This document shows positions 20,048 through 28,696 of a DNA stretch of 64,000 nucleotides, in pieces. The notes beneath the pieces are model-generated. The model did not search any database, was not told the DNA's origin, and saw only the letters and a list, made by a program, of their open reading frames with translations. Each line of letters begins with the position of its first letter. The stretch's first letter is position 1. Position numbers and translations under genes: made by a program. Origin of the DNA: Candidatus Aquirickettsiella sp. (GTDB taxonomy: Bacteria; Pseudomonadota; Gammaproteobacteria; Diplorickettsiales; Diplorickettsiaceae); assembly GCA_036495935.1 (NCBI GenBank), contig DASXLX010000054.1, forward strand, positions 23,464 to 87,463. Direction: 5' to 3'.

Positions 20048-21577
20048 TTAGAAATATAAACCTATCTGTAAAGTAATTGTATTACCACTTCTTCCTGTTC
20101 CATTAATAGGATTAAACCCCGACTGGCCAGTGGCAACATCTGTAATGCTATAGTCGATATCATGACGAAATTCTAAACTTTCGATGGTATCTTTCCAAAC
20201 GGATGTACTAATGGTCGCTATATAACGTTTCTTAGGTATAAGTAAACCTAAGGCATCCTTTGATTGGTCATATCCAATAATAATTGCACTTGGTTTTTCT
20301 AAAACATTAAATTTATAAGCAGCTTCTGCATGGAAAGCTGAGGGTTTAGCGCCTTGATTATCAAATGATAATACGGATTGAGAAAATGAACGGCTGGCCG
20401 TCACATATTCGCCCGTAAGACTAAAGGCTTCAATACTTAAAGTTCCACGCGCATCTAAACCTGGTACAGGATTAAGTATTTCAGTGTTATTGTCAGTAGC
20501 AAAACCTGAAAAATTATTAATGCCTGTATTTCCATTATGCTGCATTCCTACCGAATCCGCGATACTACGAATATAACTACCTGCTATATCAAGATTCCAT
20601 TTAGGTTTCGTAAAAATATATTCAGCATTCGCACCATAATTACGTAGACCATTATTATCTATACTGGTTCGACTTGGACCTCTAAAAATAAACGCTGATA
20701 AATTTAAATCATTTTCTTCATTAAATTGTTTGGAAAAACCCAATGTTAAAGCTCTAGCTTTGGTTCTACCTAAAATTTTAGTAAATGGATCGCTAATCAT
20801 TGCAGATGAATATTGACCAAAAGGCACATAAAATTGCCCCATAGTCGCATATAATGGAAACTTAGCTAAATTTCCAATTGTTAGAAATCCTCGTTCTAAA
20901 AGAACACGAGAATTATCAATTCGTCTAGGCGACATATCCGTTGGAGGAGTATTATCATAAACAAAAGCAATAAGACCGGTTACCCATTGATTGACTAAAA
21001 TCTCAGTATCTAATTCGATGCCAGTCAAATCAATATCTGTAGCTGAGTTATTTTGAAAATTATTAAAATAATTAGTATGAAAAATCTGAGATTCAATTTT
21101 TCCACTAAGATTAACGACTGGTGTATCGGAAAAAGCGTGCCCATGCTGTTGCAAATAATTGTAAATTTGTTTTCGTTGTTGTAATAAATTAAGATCTTCA
21201 TTCACATAGGGTTGGTTAACCACTAAATCAGATGCATTATATTCTGAGTTAATACCTATAAAGGGCGAACTAATAACTGGAGTACCTATAATAAAAAAAG
21301 GATGCAAAGAAGTAACCAAACTTTGATGTGCAGCTGTTTCAGCAGTTGTTTCTGTAGAGGAAACTGCTGTCCGGTTTGATTGTCTCCGCAAGGTCGCCAC
21401 CTGATTTTGCACGCGCTGTAGCTCGGATTCTAGGGCTTGAGTCCGTTGTGACAGTCTTTTAATTTCCTTGTCATTACTTGCCTGAGTGATTTCATTAGCT
21501 AATGCAACATTTCCTTGTAAACTTAGCCAACACACACCTACCATAAGCGTTGTTAATTTATATTTGTTACTTAGCAT
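20048..21577 (-). CDS. Putative outer-membrane beta-barrel protein with N-terminal coiled-coil
   Basis: Signal peptide MLSNKYKLTTLMVGVCWLSLQGNVALA (start taken at the internal Met, AAGGTG upstream). Heptad-like SQRTQALESELQRVQNQVATLRRQS. Alternating-pattern C-terminal region ending ...LQIGLYF. Confidence 0.6.
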   Translation of the reverse strand: MLSNKYKLTTLMVGVCWLSLQGNVALANEITQASNDKEIKRLSQRTQALESELQRVQNQVATLRRQSNRTAVSSTETTAETAAHQSLVTSLHPFFIIGTPVISSPFIGINSEYNASDLVVNQPYVNEDLNLLQQRKQIYNYLQQHGHAFSDTPVVNLSGKIESQIFHTNYFNNFQNNSATDIDLTGIELDTEILVNQWVTGLIAFVYDNTPPTDMSPRRIDNSRVLLERGFLTIGNLAKFPLYATMGQFYVPFGQYSSAMISDPFTKILGRTKARALTLGFSKQFNEENDLNLSAFIFRGPSRTSIDNNGLRNYGANAEYIFTKPKWNLDIAGSYIRSIADSVGMQHNGNTGINNFSGFATDNNTEILNPVPGLDARGTLSIEAFSLTGEYVTASRSFSQSVLSFDNQGAKPSAFHAEAAYKFNVLEKPSAIIIGYDQSKDALGLLIPKKRYIATISTSVWKDTIESLEFRHDIDYSITDVATGQSGFNPINGTGRSGNTITLQIGLYF

Positions 21578-21717
21578 AAGAAACACCTTATTATTAAAAT
21601 AAGTAATATGTTCCCTATGTATCAAAAAAAAGTGATGAATGCAAGCCTAATTTTCATAGGGGAGGCCTATTTAAGGTCCATCCTATTGTCGGGGTAGATG
21701 TTTTAAGAAACAATCCA

Positions 21718-22446
21718 CTAATTCGAATTTTTCTTCTGTCGCCACCGGTTAGCCAGAATATTTAGCCATTCTACAAATACAGAGAAAGTAATAGCAAAAT
21801 ACAGATAAGCTCTAGGTACATGTATCCCAAACCCATCAGCCACTAATACTAATCCTATTAATAATAAAAAACTTAAACCGAGAATCTTTAGGTTCGGATA
21901 GGTGTTAATAAAATAACTCAGTGGTCCACTGGCCCATATCATTAATGCAATTGCGATGATAATAGCTAAGGCCATAATTATAAATTCCTGGGCCATTCCT
22001 ACTGCGGTGATCACACTATCCAATGAAAAAATAATATCTAACAACATAATTTGAATGATAACCATCGAAAATCGCGAATATCGATGCAGGCTGCTTTTTT
22101 TTTCTGTCACAATAGTTACATTAAAATGAAGTTCACTTGTTCCTTTTGCAAGTAAAAATAATCCCCCCAAGATAAGAACTAAGTCCCTTCCTGAGAAAAC
22201 ATGCCCTACCAAAGTAAAAAGCGGTTGCGTAAATTTAGTCATCCAAGCAAGCGTTGCCAATAAAAGTAAACGCGTTACACAGGCGAGTAATAAACCGAAT
22301 TGACGAGCTAAACGTTGTTGAGATTGTGCAAGCCTATTTGTTACGATAGCAATGAAAACCAGATTATCAATACCCAAAATAATTTCTAAAGCTGTTAACG
22401 TAAGTAAACTAATCCAAGCTTCCGGAGAAAAAAATAATTCAAACAT
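21718..22446 (-). CDS. TerC-family integral membrane protein
   Basis: 242 aa. EIILGIDNLVFIAI and LLDIIFSLDSVITAVG repeats typical of TerC/Alx/YkoY proteins. Confidence 0.85.
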   Translation of the reverse strand: MFELFFSPEAWISLLTLTALEIILGIDNLVFIAIVTNRLAQSQQRLARQFGLLLACVTRLLLLATLAWMTKFTQPLFTLVGHVFSGRDLVLILGGLFLLAKGTSELHFNVTIVTEKKSSLHRYSRFSMVIIQIMLLDIIFSLDSVITAVGMAQEFIIMALAIIIAIALMIWASGPLSYFINTYPNLKILGLSFLLLIGLVLVADGFGIHVPRAYLYFAITFSVFVEWLNILANRWRQKKNSN

Positions 22447-22566
22447 TTAATTATCCACTGAAAATTTGAATGCATTTAGACTGTAGAGTACATCAAATTC
22501 TCAGTATTCCATAGGCTGTATTATTTTTAATAACATTCATAAGCATTTACAAATCGGTTGAGTTAT

Positions 22567-22607
22567 TAAGAAAACTTTTTCCATCAGTAAGAAAATCTTT
22601 AAGAAAA
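22567..22607 (-). promoter_or_regulatory. Three phased direct repeats TTTTCTTA (minus strand) upstream of the TerC-family gene
   Basis: Plus-strand TAAGAAAA at 22567, 22588 and 22600 (spacings 21 and 12 nt), 120-160 nt upstream of the ATG at 22446. Confidence 0.25.
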
Positions 22608-22630
22608 CTAAGCTTCGCTGATCTTCCAAT

Positions 22631-22655
22631 AAAAAAAGCCCGCTGACGCGGGCTT
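22631..22655 (-). terminator. Rho-independent terminator of porin paralog a
   Basis: Minus strand reads GCCCGC-gtca-GCGGGC followed by TTTTTTT, 30 nt after the stop codon. Confidence 0.85.
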
Positions 22656-22686
22656 AATGTTTTTAATCAGGATATATCGTAAGGTA

Positions 22687-24114
22687 TTAAGCAAATTTAA
22701 TGCTGGCACGTAATTGGCCTACGGTAGATTTATTACCTGTTGCACCAAAATGTATTGTTCTAGCTGGTGTCGGTACTGTGCCAGGAACTCCAGGAACAGT
22801 AATAGCCCCTTCACCAATGTTGTAATCTCTGTCTTGAAACACGGCTATACCTAGATCAAACCATTTGGCTAAATTAACCATATAGTCAGCATAGATCCTA
22901 CGCTGCGGCAAGAAGGTTGCTAAATGGGTGGTTTTTTGATAACCAATCGCCACGCGTGATTGATGTGCCATCACTGGAAAGGTTAATCCGGCCTCCAAGC
23001 CCCATACAACTGGTTTGCCTAATTGAGATTGGGCCGATGGAATAGCTACTGGAAACCCTGGCGAGGTATTACCACTTAAAAAGAAAGGATTCGTTAAACT
23101 ACGTGTTGTTGAAATATAGTGTCCATTCGCATCAAAAGGTCCGAAGGTCACATCTGCATTAACGTTCCACGCAGGTACTTTTGTATTCGGTAAACCGGGG
23201 ACTGTAGTTCCTTCAACCAGCGCATTAAGATAATAAGAAGATAAGAAGTTTGAATCCGCTATATTCGCAATATAACCTGCGTTTATATTGAATTTACTAT
23301 TAAACCATCTCCATCCCCAACCTAAATCCGCACCACCGTTTTGAATACGGCGCGTAGACCCACCATCTGAGATCTTAGGATTACCCGCAAACGTATATAA
23401 CGAACCATACAGTCCGTTCGGTACGATAAACCCTAATTGCGCAGCAGTTTCAGCAATCTCAGTAAATAGTTGGGTTGGGTTTTCTGATGTTACGAATCCA
23501 TAGGGATCATAGGCACCAAATGGAATATATTCTTTACCCACTCTAAAATAAATGGGTGATACTTGGAAATTACCAATGGTCGCATACGCCGTGTCTATCA
23601 CCGTTCGATTTAACGGATGATACACAAGAAGCGAATTAGTAATTTGATATGGTCCTGTCGAACCTGGGATACCTGACAGAGAGGTATACACCACAGACAT
23701 ATTTGCCGTTACCCAGTTATTCACTCGCGCATCGACAAATAAATTCGCATTATTCAATAATAAATCACTTGCTCTGCCTGATGTTGGAATAGTTAATACA
23801 TTAGGAGGTACTGCAGCCGGATTTACCGCTGCCAGCGGGTTAAATCCGGGATTAAATTCCCAGAAAACCGGAGGCTTATTCGCTAAATAAGCATCGGTAT
23901 TCATCCAACCACTGATATTGATGCGACAAGTCCAACCACAAGGTTGATCAAACCCGCCAGGCTGATTTCGGTCAAGGATCATATCAAGTTTATTGACTTG
24001 ATAGCGCATCACATCCATTTGATAGGATGGATCTATCATATACGGCTGCATCGCCAGTACAGGCCCGCTAAGCCCAAGTGTTACGAGTGAAGCAACAATC
24101 GTTTTGAGTTTCAT
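22687..24114 (-). CDS. Outer-membrane beta-barrel (porin-like) protein, paralog a
   Basis: Signal peptide MKLKTIVASLVTLGLSGPVLA. Start set at the internal Met because AAGGAG lies 10 nt upstream, as in paralog b. Gly/aromatic-rich alternating strands. Confidence 0.65.
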   Translation of the reverse strand: MKLKTIVASLVTLGLSGPVLAMQPYMIDPSYQMDVMRYQVNKLDMILDRNQPGGFDQPCGWTCRINISGWMNTDAYLANKPPVFWEFNPGFNPLAAVNPAAVPPNVLTIPTSGRASDLLLNNANLFVDARVNNWVTANMSVVYTSLSGIPGSTGPYQITNSLLVYHPLNRTVIDTAYATIGNFQVSPIYFRVGKEYIPFGAYDPYGFVTSENPTQLFTEIAETAAQLGFIVPNGLYGSLYTFAGNPKISDGGSTRRIQNGGADLGWGWRWFNSKFNINAGYIANIADSNFLSSYYLNALVEGTTVPGLPNTKVPAWNVNADVTFGPFDANGHYISTTRSLTNPFFLSGNTSPGFPVAIPSAQSQLGKPVVWGLEAGLTFPVMAHQSRVAIGYQKTTHLATFLPQRRIYADYMVNLAKWFDLGIAVFQDRDYNIGEGAITVPGVPGTVPTPARTIHFGATGNKSTVGQLRASIKFA

Positions 24115-24317
24115 CCTAAACCATCTCCTTGTAGAATTAATTAACTCCATCTATCGCTTTTCTTGCTAAACCTAAGAATCACAACCAGTTAAAGGGTTTT
24201 TCCTAGATTTATTTTCTATCTATGAAAACATGCTATAGATAAAAAGCCAAATCGAGTTTATCTTAGCAGTACTTTATAAGTATCTCAATAAGATAAATAT
24301 ATTTTTTACTGCGCCAT

Positions 24318-24340
24318 AAAAAAAGCCCGCTTACGCGGGC
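24318..24340 (-). terminator. Rho-independent terminator of porin paralog b (duplicate of 22631..22655)
   Basis: Minus strand GCCCGC-gtaa-GCGGGC then TTTTTTT. The flank cttaatgtt is shared with the other copy. Confidence 0.85.
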
Positions 24341-24368
24341 TTAATGTTATTTAAGTTTGTTATACAAT

Positions 24369-25793
24369 TTAAGCAAATTTAATGCTGGCACGTAATTGAC
24401 CAACCGTTGATTTATTACCGGTCGCACCTTGATGTATGATCGTTCCAATAGGTGGTGCATCACCATCATTAGTGTCGTTAATAATAGCACCTTCGCCAAT
24501 GTTGTAGTCTCTGTCTTGGAATATCGCTATACCGACATCAAACCATTTGGCTAAATTAACCATATAGTCCGCATAGATACGACGCTGTGGCAAGAAAGTT
24601 GCTAAGTGTGTAGTTTTTTGATAGCCAATCGCTACTCGTGATTGATGCGCCATCACTGGAAACGTTAAACCTGCTTCTAAGCCCCAAACGTTAGGTTTAC
24701 CTAACTGCGCGGGTGGAGCAGTTAACACTGGAAACCCTGGTGCAGAATTACCGCTTAAAAAGATAGGATTCGCTAAACTACGAGTGGTCGCAATATAGTG
24801 ACCATTCGCGTCAAAGGGCCCAAAGGTCACATCTGCATTCACATTCCAAGCCGGTACCTTTTCATTCGGTAAACCCGGAACGTTTGTTCCTTCGACAATC
24901 TGATTAAGATAATAGGAAGATAAGAAATTTGAGTCCGCAATGTTCGCAATATAACCTGCATTTAAATTCCACTTACTATTAAACATTCTCCAACCCCAGC
25001 CTAAATCCACACCACCGTTTTGAATACGGCGTGTTGAACCACCATCTGAGATCTTAGGATTACCCGCAAACGTATATAACGAACCATAGAAACCACCCGG
25101 TGCAATAAAGCCTAATTGGGCAGCGGTTGCAGTAATCTCAGTGAATAATTGGCTTGGATTTTCTTGGGTTACAAATCCATAAGGGTCATAAGCACCAAAT
25201 GGGATGTATTCTTTACCCACTCTGAAATAAATAGGCGACGCTTGGAAGTTACCAATAGTCGCATACGCGGTGTCTATCGACGTTCGATTCAATGGATGAT
25301 ACACAAAAAGTGAGTTAGCAATATTGTACGGCCCCGTTGAACCTGGAAGACCTGACAATGAGGTATATACCACAGACATATTCGCCGTCACCCAGTTATT
25401 CACTCGGGCATCTACGAATAAATTCGCATTGTTAAGTATTAAATCACTGGCTCGACCGGATGTTGGAATAGTTAATACGTTAGGTGGTATCGAAGTTGGG
25501 TCTATCGCAATAGTTGGATTAAATGCTGGGTTAGGTTCCCAAAAAACCGGTGGTTTATTAGCTAAATAAGCATCGGTATTGATCCAACCGCTGACATTGA
25601 TGCGGCAAGTCCAACCGCAAGGTTGATCAAAACCGCCTGGTTGATTTCGGTCGAGAATCGAATCGAGCTTATTAACCTGATAGCGCATCACATCCATTTG
25701 ATAGGATGTATCCATCATATACGGCTGCATCGCCAATACTGGCCCGCTAAGCCCAAGTGTTACGAGTGAAGCAACAATCGCTTTGAGTTTCAT
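24369..25793 (-). CDS. Outer-membrane beta-barrel (porin-like) protein, paralog b
   Basis: Collinear with paralog a and mostly identical, with three short divergent patches. The ORF could also start 2 codons earlier (25799). Confidence 0.65.
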   Translation of the reverse strand: MKLKAIVASLVTLGLSGPVLAMQPYMMDTSYQMDVMRYQVNKLDSILDRNQPGGFDQPCGWTCRINVSGWINTDAYLANKPPVFWEPNPAFNPTIAIDPTSIPPNVLTIPTSGRASDLILNNANLFVDARVNNWVTANMSVVYTSLSGLPGSTGPYNIANSLFVYHPLNRTSIDTAYATIGNFQASPIYFRVGKEYIPFGAYDPYGFVTQENPSQLFTEITATAAQLGFIAPGGFYGSLYTFAGNPKISDGGSTRRIQNGGVDLGWGWRMFNSKWNLNAGYIANIADSNFLSSYYLNQIVEGTNVPGLPNEKVPAWNVNADVTFGPFDANGHYIATTRSLANPIFLSGNSAPGFPVLTAPPAQLGKPNVWGLEAGLTFPVMAHQSRVAIGYQKTTHLATFLPQRRIYADYMVNLAKWFDVGIAIFQDRDYNIGEGAIINDTNDGDAPPIGTIIHQGATGNKSTVGQLRASIKFA

Positions 25794-26107
25794 ACTCATC
25801 CATCTCCTTAATAGGTTGTTAACTCAACATTAGATTTATTTTAAAACTAGATTTTTAGCTCTATTTTTATCGATAATTGAGACATCGACTCAAACAAAAA
25901 ATTAGTTTTACAAAAATCTATTACTTCTTTAATTTCATGCCCGCAACACACCGATAAAAGTTGGAATATGCTACGTCCATAAAAATAATTCAAAAACAAT
26001 TTATTTATACTTATCCCTTGTTATTTCCTACCAAGGCTGTTTAATTTCCATTCCTGCTTTATAAAAGCGATATCGGCGAAAATTAAACAACCCTAGTCTT
26101 GGCACCG

Positions 26108-26128
26108 CTGTAAATTTACAATTTACAG
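26108..26128. promoter_or_regulatory. Perfect inverted repeat CTGTAAATT-tac-AATTTACAG, containing the 12-bp palindrome TGTAAATTTACA
   Basis: Read directly. Located in the 608-bp non-coding region upstream of porin paralog b. Confidence 0.3.
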
Positions 26129-26401
26129 TTTCGCAAACTCTAAACGGAGACTTGCTTAGCGGTTTACCAGAACCGTTTTACAAACATTTATTATTTGTTT
26201 TTTAAGTTTTCAGCGATTTGGAAGGTACAAGACTTTGTTATTAGTGCTGAAAATAGCTTTTCTTAAAGACCAGATAGCTATTGCATTTTATACCTAACAC
26301 CATGACCTATGTCAATGGTTTCATTATAAAATACGTCATACTACCTTAACTATAAAGAAAACTTACCAATTAAAGGAAAATAGATGCTAAATCAATTTAA
26401 A

Positions 26402-26725
26402 TCAAGTTTCTGATAATTTTTTTTGTAGGTCGCCAGTTTTATAAAGCTGTTCAACTATATCGCATCCACCCATTAACTCTCCTTGGTAAAAAAGCTGTGG
26501 AAAAGTTGGCCAATTAGAATATTGTGGTAATTCGCGACGTATATCACTATTTTCAAGTACATTAACATGTGCAAATTTTACACTGCAGATTTTTAGAATT
26601 TGTACTACTCGTGCCGAAAAACCGCAACAAGGCTGTTCGGGAGTTCCTTTCATATAGAGAATCAACGGGTATTTCGCAATTTGTTGCTTAATTGTTTCTA
26701 AGGTATTCACTTCAGTAATAGACAT
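26402..26725 (-). CDS. grxD: Monothiol glutaredoxin (Grx4 family)
   Basis: 107 aa with CGFS active site (PCCGFSARV). Confidence 0.9.
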   Translation of the reverse strand: MSITEVNTLETIKQQIAKYPLILYMKGTPEQPCCGFSARVVQILKICSVKFAHVNVLENSDIRRELPQYSNWPTFPQLFYQGELMGGCDIVEQLYKTGDLQKKLSET

Positions 26726-26901
26726 TTATTTTCCTCATTTATAATATATTTTGGTAATTTTAATCTAAAAACGTTCAGATTTTCTATGTAAAACTATTTA
26801 ACGAAAATACAATTAGCCCTATTTAAATGCTTGCCTTATCCTTATCTGGATTTTAAACTGGCATTAGCAATTTTAGCAAATCGATAAAAATAGGATACCC
26901 T

Positions 26902-27486
26902 ATGAAACATGAGTTACCCCCATTACCCTATGCCTTAGATGCTCTGGCACCCGTTATTTCAAAAGAAACCTTAGAATACCATTATGGCAAACACCATAAA
27001 GCTTATGTCGACAAACTGAATGAATTAATTCCTGGTACAGAGTTCGAAGCTTTATCTCTGGAAGAAATTATCAAAAAAGCCCCTCCAGGCCCTATTTTTA
27101 ATAACGCTGCTCAAGTATGGAATCATACCTTTTATTGGCATTGTATGACACCCGAAGCACCAAAAAACAAGTTGAAAGGGTCTCTAGAAGATGCAATAAA
27201 TAAATCCTTTGGTTCTTTCGATAAATTCAAAGAAAATTTTGTTAAGGCCGCCATTGGACAATTCGGCTCTGGATGGGCTTGGTTGGTAAAAGACGCGCGG
27301 GGAGTGACGATCAAAACAACGAGTAATGCACAAACTCCTATCCAGGATAGCAAATCTTGCCTGTTTACTTGTGATGTCTGGGAGCATGCTTACTATATTG
27401 ACTACCGCAATGCACGTCCAAAATATCTGGAAAAATTTTGGGAAGTAGTGAATTGGGGTTTTGTTGCAGAAAATTTCGAAAAATAA
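26902..27486 (+). CDS. sodB: Fe/Mn superoxide dismutase (Fe-type pattern)
   Basis: [31 protein letters not shown]...[13 protein letters not shown]. Confidence 0.95.
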   Translation: MKHELPPLPYALDALAPVISKETLEYHYGKHHKAYVDKLNELIPGTEFEALSLEEIIKKAPPGPIFNNAAQVWNHTFYWHCMTPEAPKNKLKGSLEDAINKSFGSFDKFKENFVKAAIGQFGSGWAWLVKDARGVTIKTTSNAQTPIQDSKSCLFTCDVWEHAYYIDYRNARPKYLEKFWEVVNWGFVAENFEK

Positions 27487-27508
27487 CAAGTTAACTGAGA
27501 AAAAAACT

Positions 27509-28696
27509 ATGATATCTGCCTTGATGCCTATTTATCCAAATCGACTTCCTGTTGCCTTTGAAAAAGGCTCAGGAGTGTGGCTGACAGATACTCAAGGTGA
27601 AAAATATTTAGATGCTTTAGCAGGTATTGCAGTTTGCGGTTTAGGACATGCTCATCCTGCAATCACTGAGACAATTTGCAAGCAAGCTGCAAAATTAATT
27701 CATACATCAAATACTTATCATATTCCGGAACAGGAAATATTAGCATCAGAGCTGGCACGATTATCTGGAATGGATCAAGTTTTTTTTTCTAATTCAGGTG
27801 CAGAATCAAACGAAGCGGCTATCAAAATGACGCGACTTTATGCCCGCAAAAAAGGGATCGATCAGCCCATCATTATTGCCATGAAAAATGCTTTTCATGG
27901 CAGAACTATGGCAACTTTAAGCCTTTCTGGCAGCGAACGCTTACAAATTGGTTTTGAACCTTTATTAGAACGTTTTATCCATATCCCATTTAATGATGTT
28001 GCTGCACTAGAAAATGCTATAAAAAAACATAAAAAAAATATAGTCGCAATTATGTTAGAACCTATTCAAGGAGATGGTGGGATTAAAATAGTCACGTCCA
28101 ATTTTTTAAAAGCTATTCGAGATTCCTGTGATCAACACGATTGGTTGATGATACTCGATGAGATACAAACCGGCCTTTGTCGTACCGGACCTTGGTTTGC
28201 TTATCAAACTTATAATATTTTTCCTGATATAGTTACTATTGCAAAAACCTTAGGCAATGGCTTTCCTATTGGAGCTTATTGTTCTCGCGGAAAAGCAAAT
28301 AATATTTTTCCCATTGGAAAACATGGTTCTACGTTTGCTGGTAGCGCATTAGCTTGTGCCGTTGCAATTACAGTTATAAATACCTTAGAAAAAGAAAGAT
28401 TCTCTCCGCATGTAAAAAAAATTGGAGCTTATTTGCTTTCAAAATTACAAAGTAGTTTTGATAACCATCCACATGTCGTCACTATAAAAGGACAAGGACT
28501 TATGCTAGGTATTCAGCTTGATATTGAATGTCGTAACATCCCTAGAATTGGGTTAAAACATCATTTACTTTTTAATGTCGTTTCTAATAATACGATTCGC
28601 CTTCTACCTGCTTTAATTTTACAAGAAGCTGAAGCGGATGAAATTTGCTTGCGCTTAATTAAAACCGTAAACGAATTTTATAATTCATCTTTATGA
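27509..28696 (+). CDS. argD: Class-III aminotransferase, acetylornithine/succinyl-diaminopimelate aminotransferase-like
   Basis: Start set at MISALMPIYPN; the 16-codon upstream extension in the ORF track overlaps sodB. SNSGAESNEAAIK, DEIQTGLCRTG, TIAKTLGNGFP (PLP Lys). Confidence 0.8.
   Translation: MISALMPIYPNRLPVAFEKGSGVWLTDTQGEKYLDALAGIAVCGLGHAHPAITETICKQAAKLIHTSNTYHIPEQEILASELARLSGMDQVFFSNSGAESNEAAIKMTRLYARKKGIDQPIIIAMKNAFHGRTMATLSLSGSERLQIGFEPLLERFIHIPFNDVAALENAIKKHKKNIVAIMLEPIQGDGGIKIVTSNFLKAIRDSCDQHDWLMILDEIQTGLCRTGPWFAYQTYNIFPDIVTIAKTLGNGFPIGAYCSRGKANNIFPIGKHGSTFAGSALACAVAITVINTLEKERFSPHVKKIGAYLLSKLQSSFDNHPHVVTIKGQGLMLGIQLDIECRNIPRIGLKHHLLFNVVSNNTIRLLPALILQEAEADEICLRLIKTVNEFYNSSL

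Noticed and set aside
22447-22630. yybP-ykoY (Mn2+) riboswitch upstream of the TerC-family gene
   Set aside because: TerC/Alx genes are classic targets, so I read the minus-strand leader for the conserved GGGGAGUAG-type loop and four-way-junction words. None is present; the leader is AT-rich with only the TTTTCTTA repeats.
27461-27508. N-terminal extensions of track ORFs (27461 argD-like, 42549 ABC ATPase, 31483 CDF, 24150 porin a, 21625 OMP, 58952 ubiB)
   Set aside because: The extensions overlap the preceding gene or lack an RBS. Internal Met codons with AGGAG-like RBS, ATGA/TAATG stop-start coupling or signal-peptide logic give better starts, so the coordinates were trimmed.
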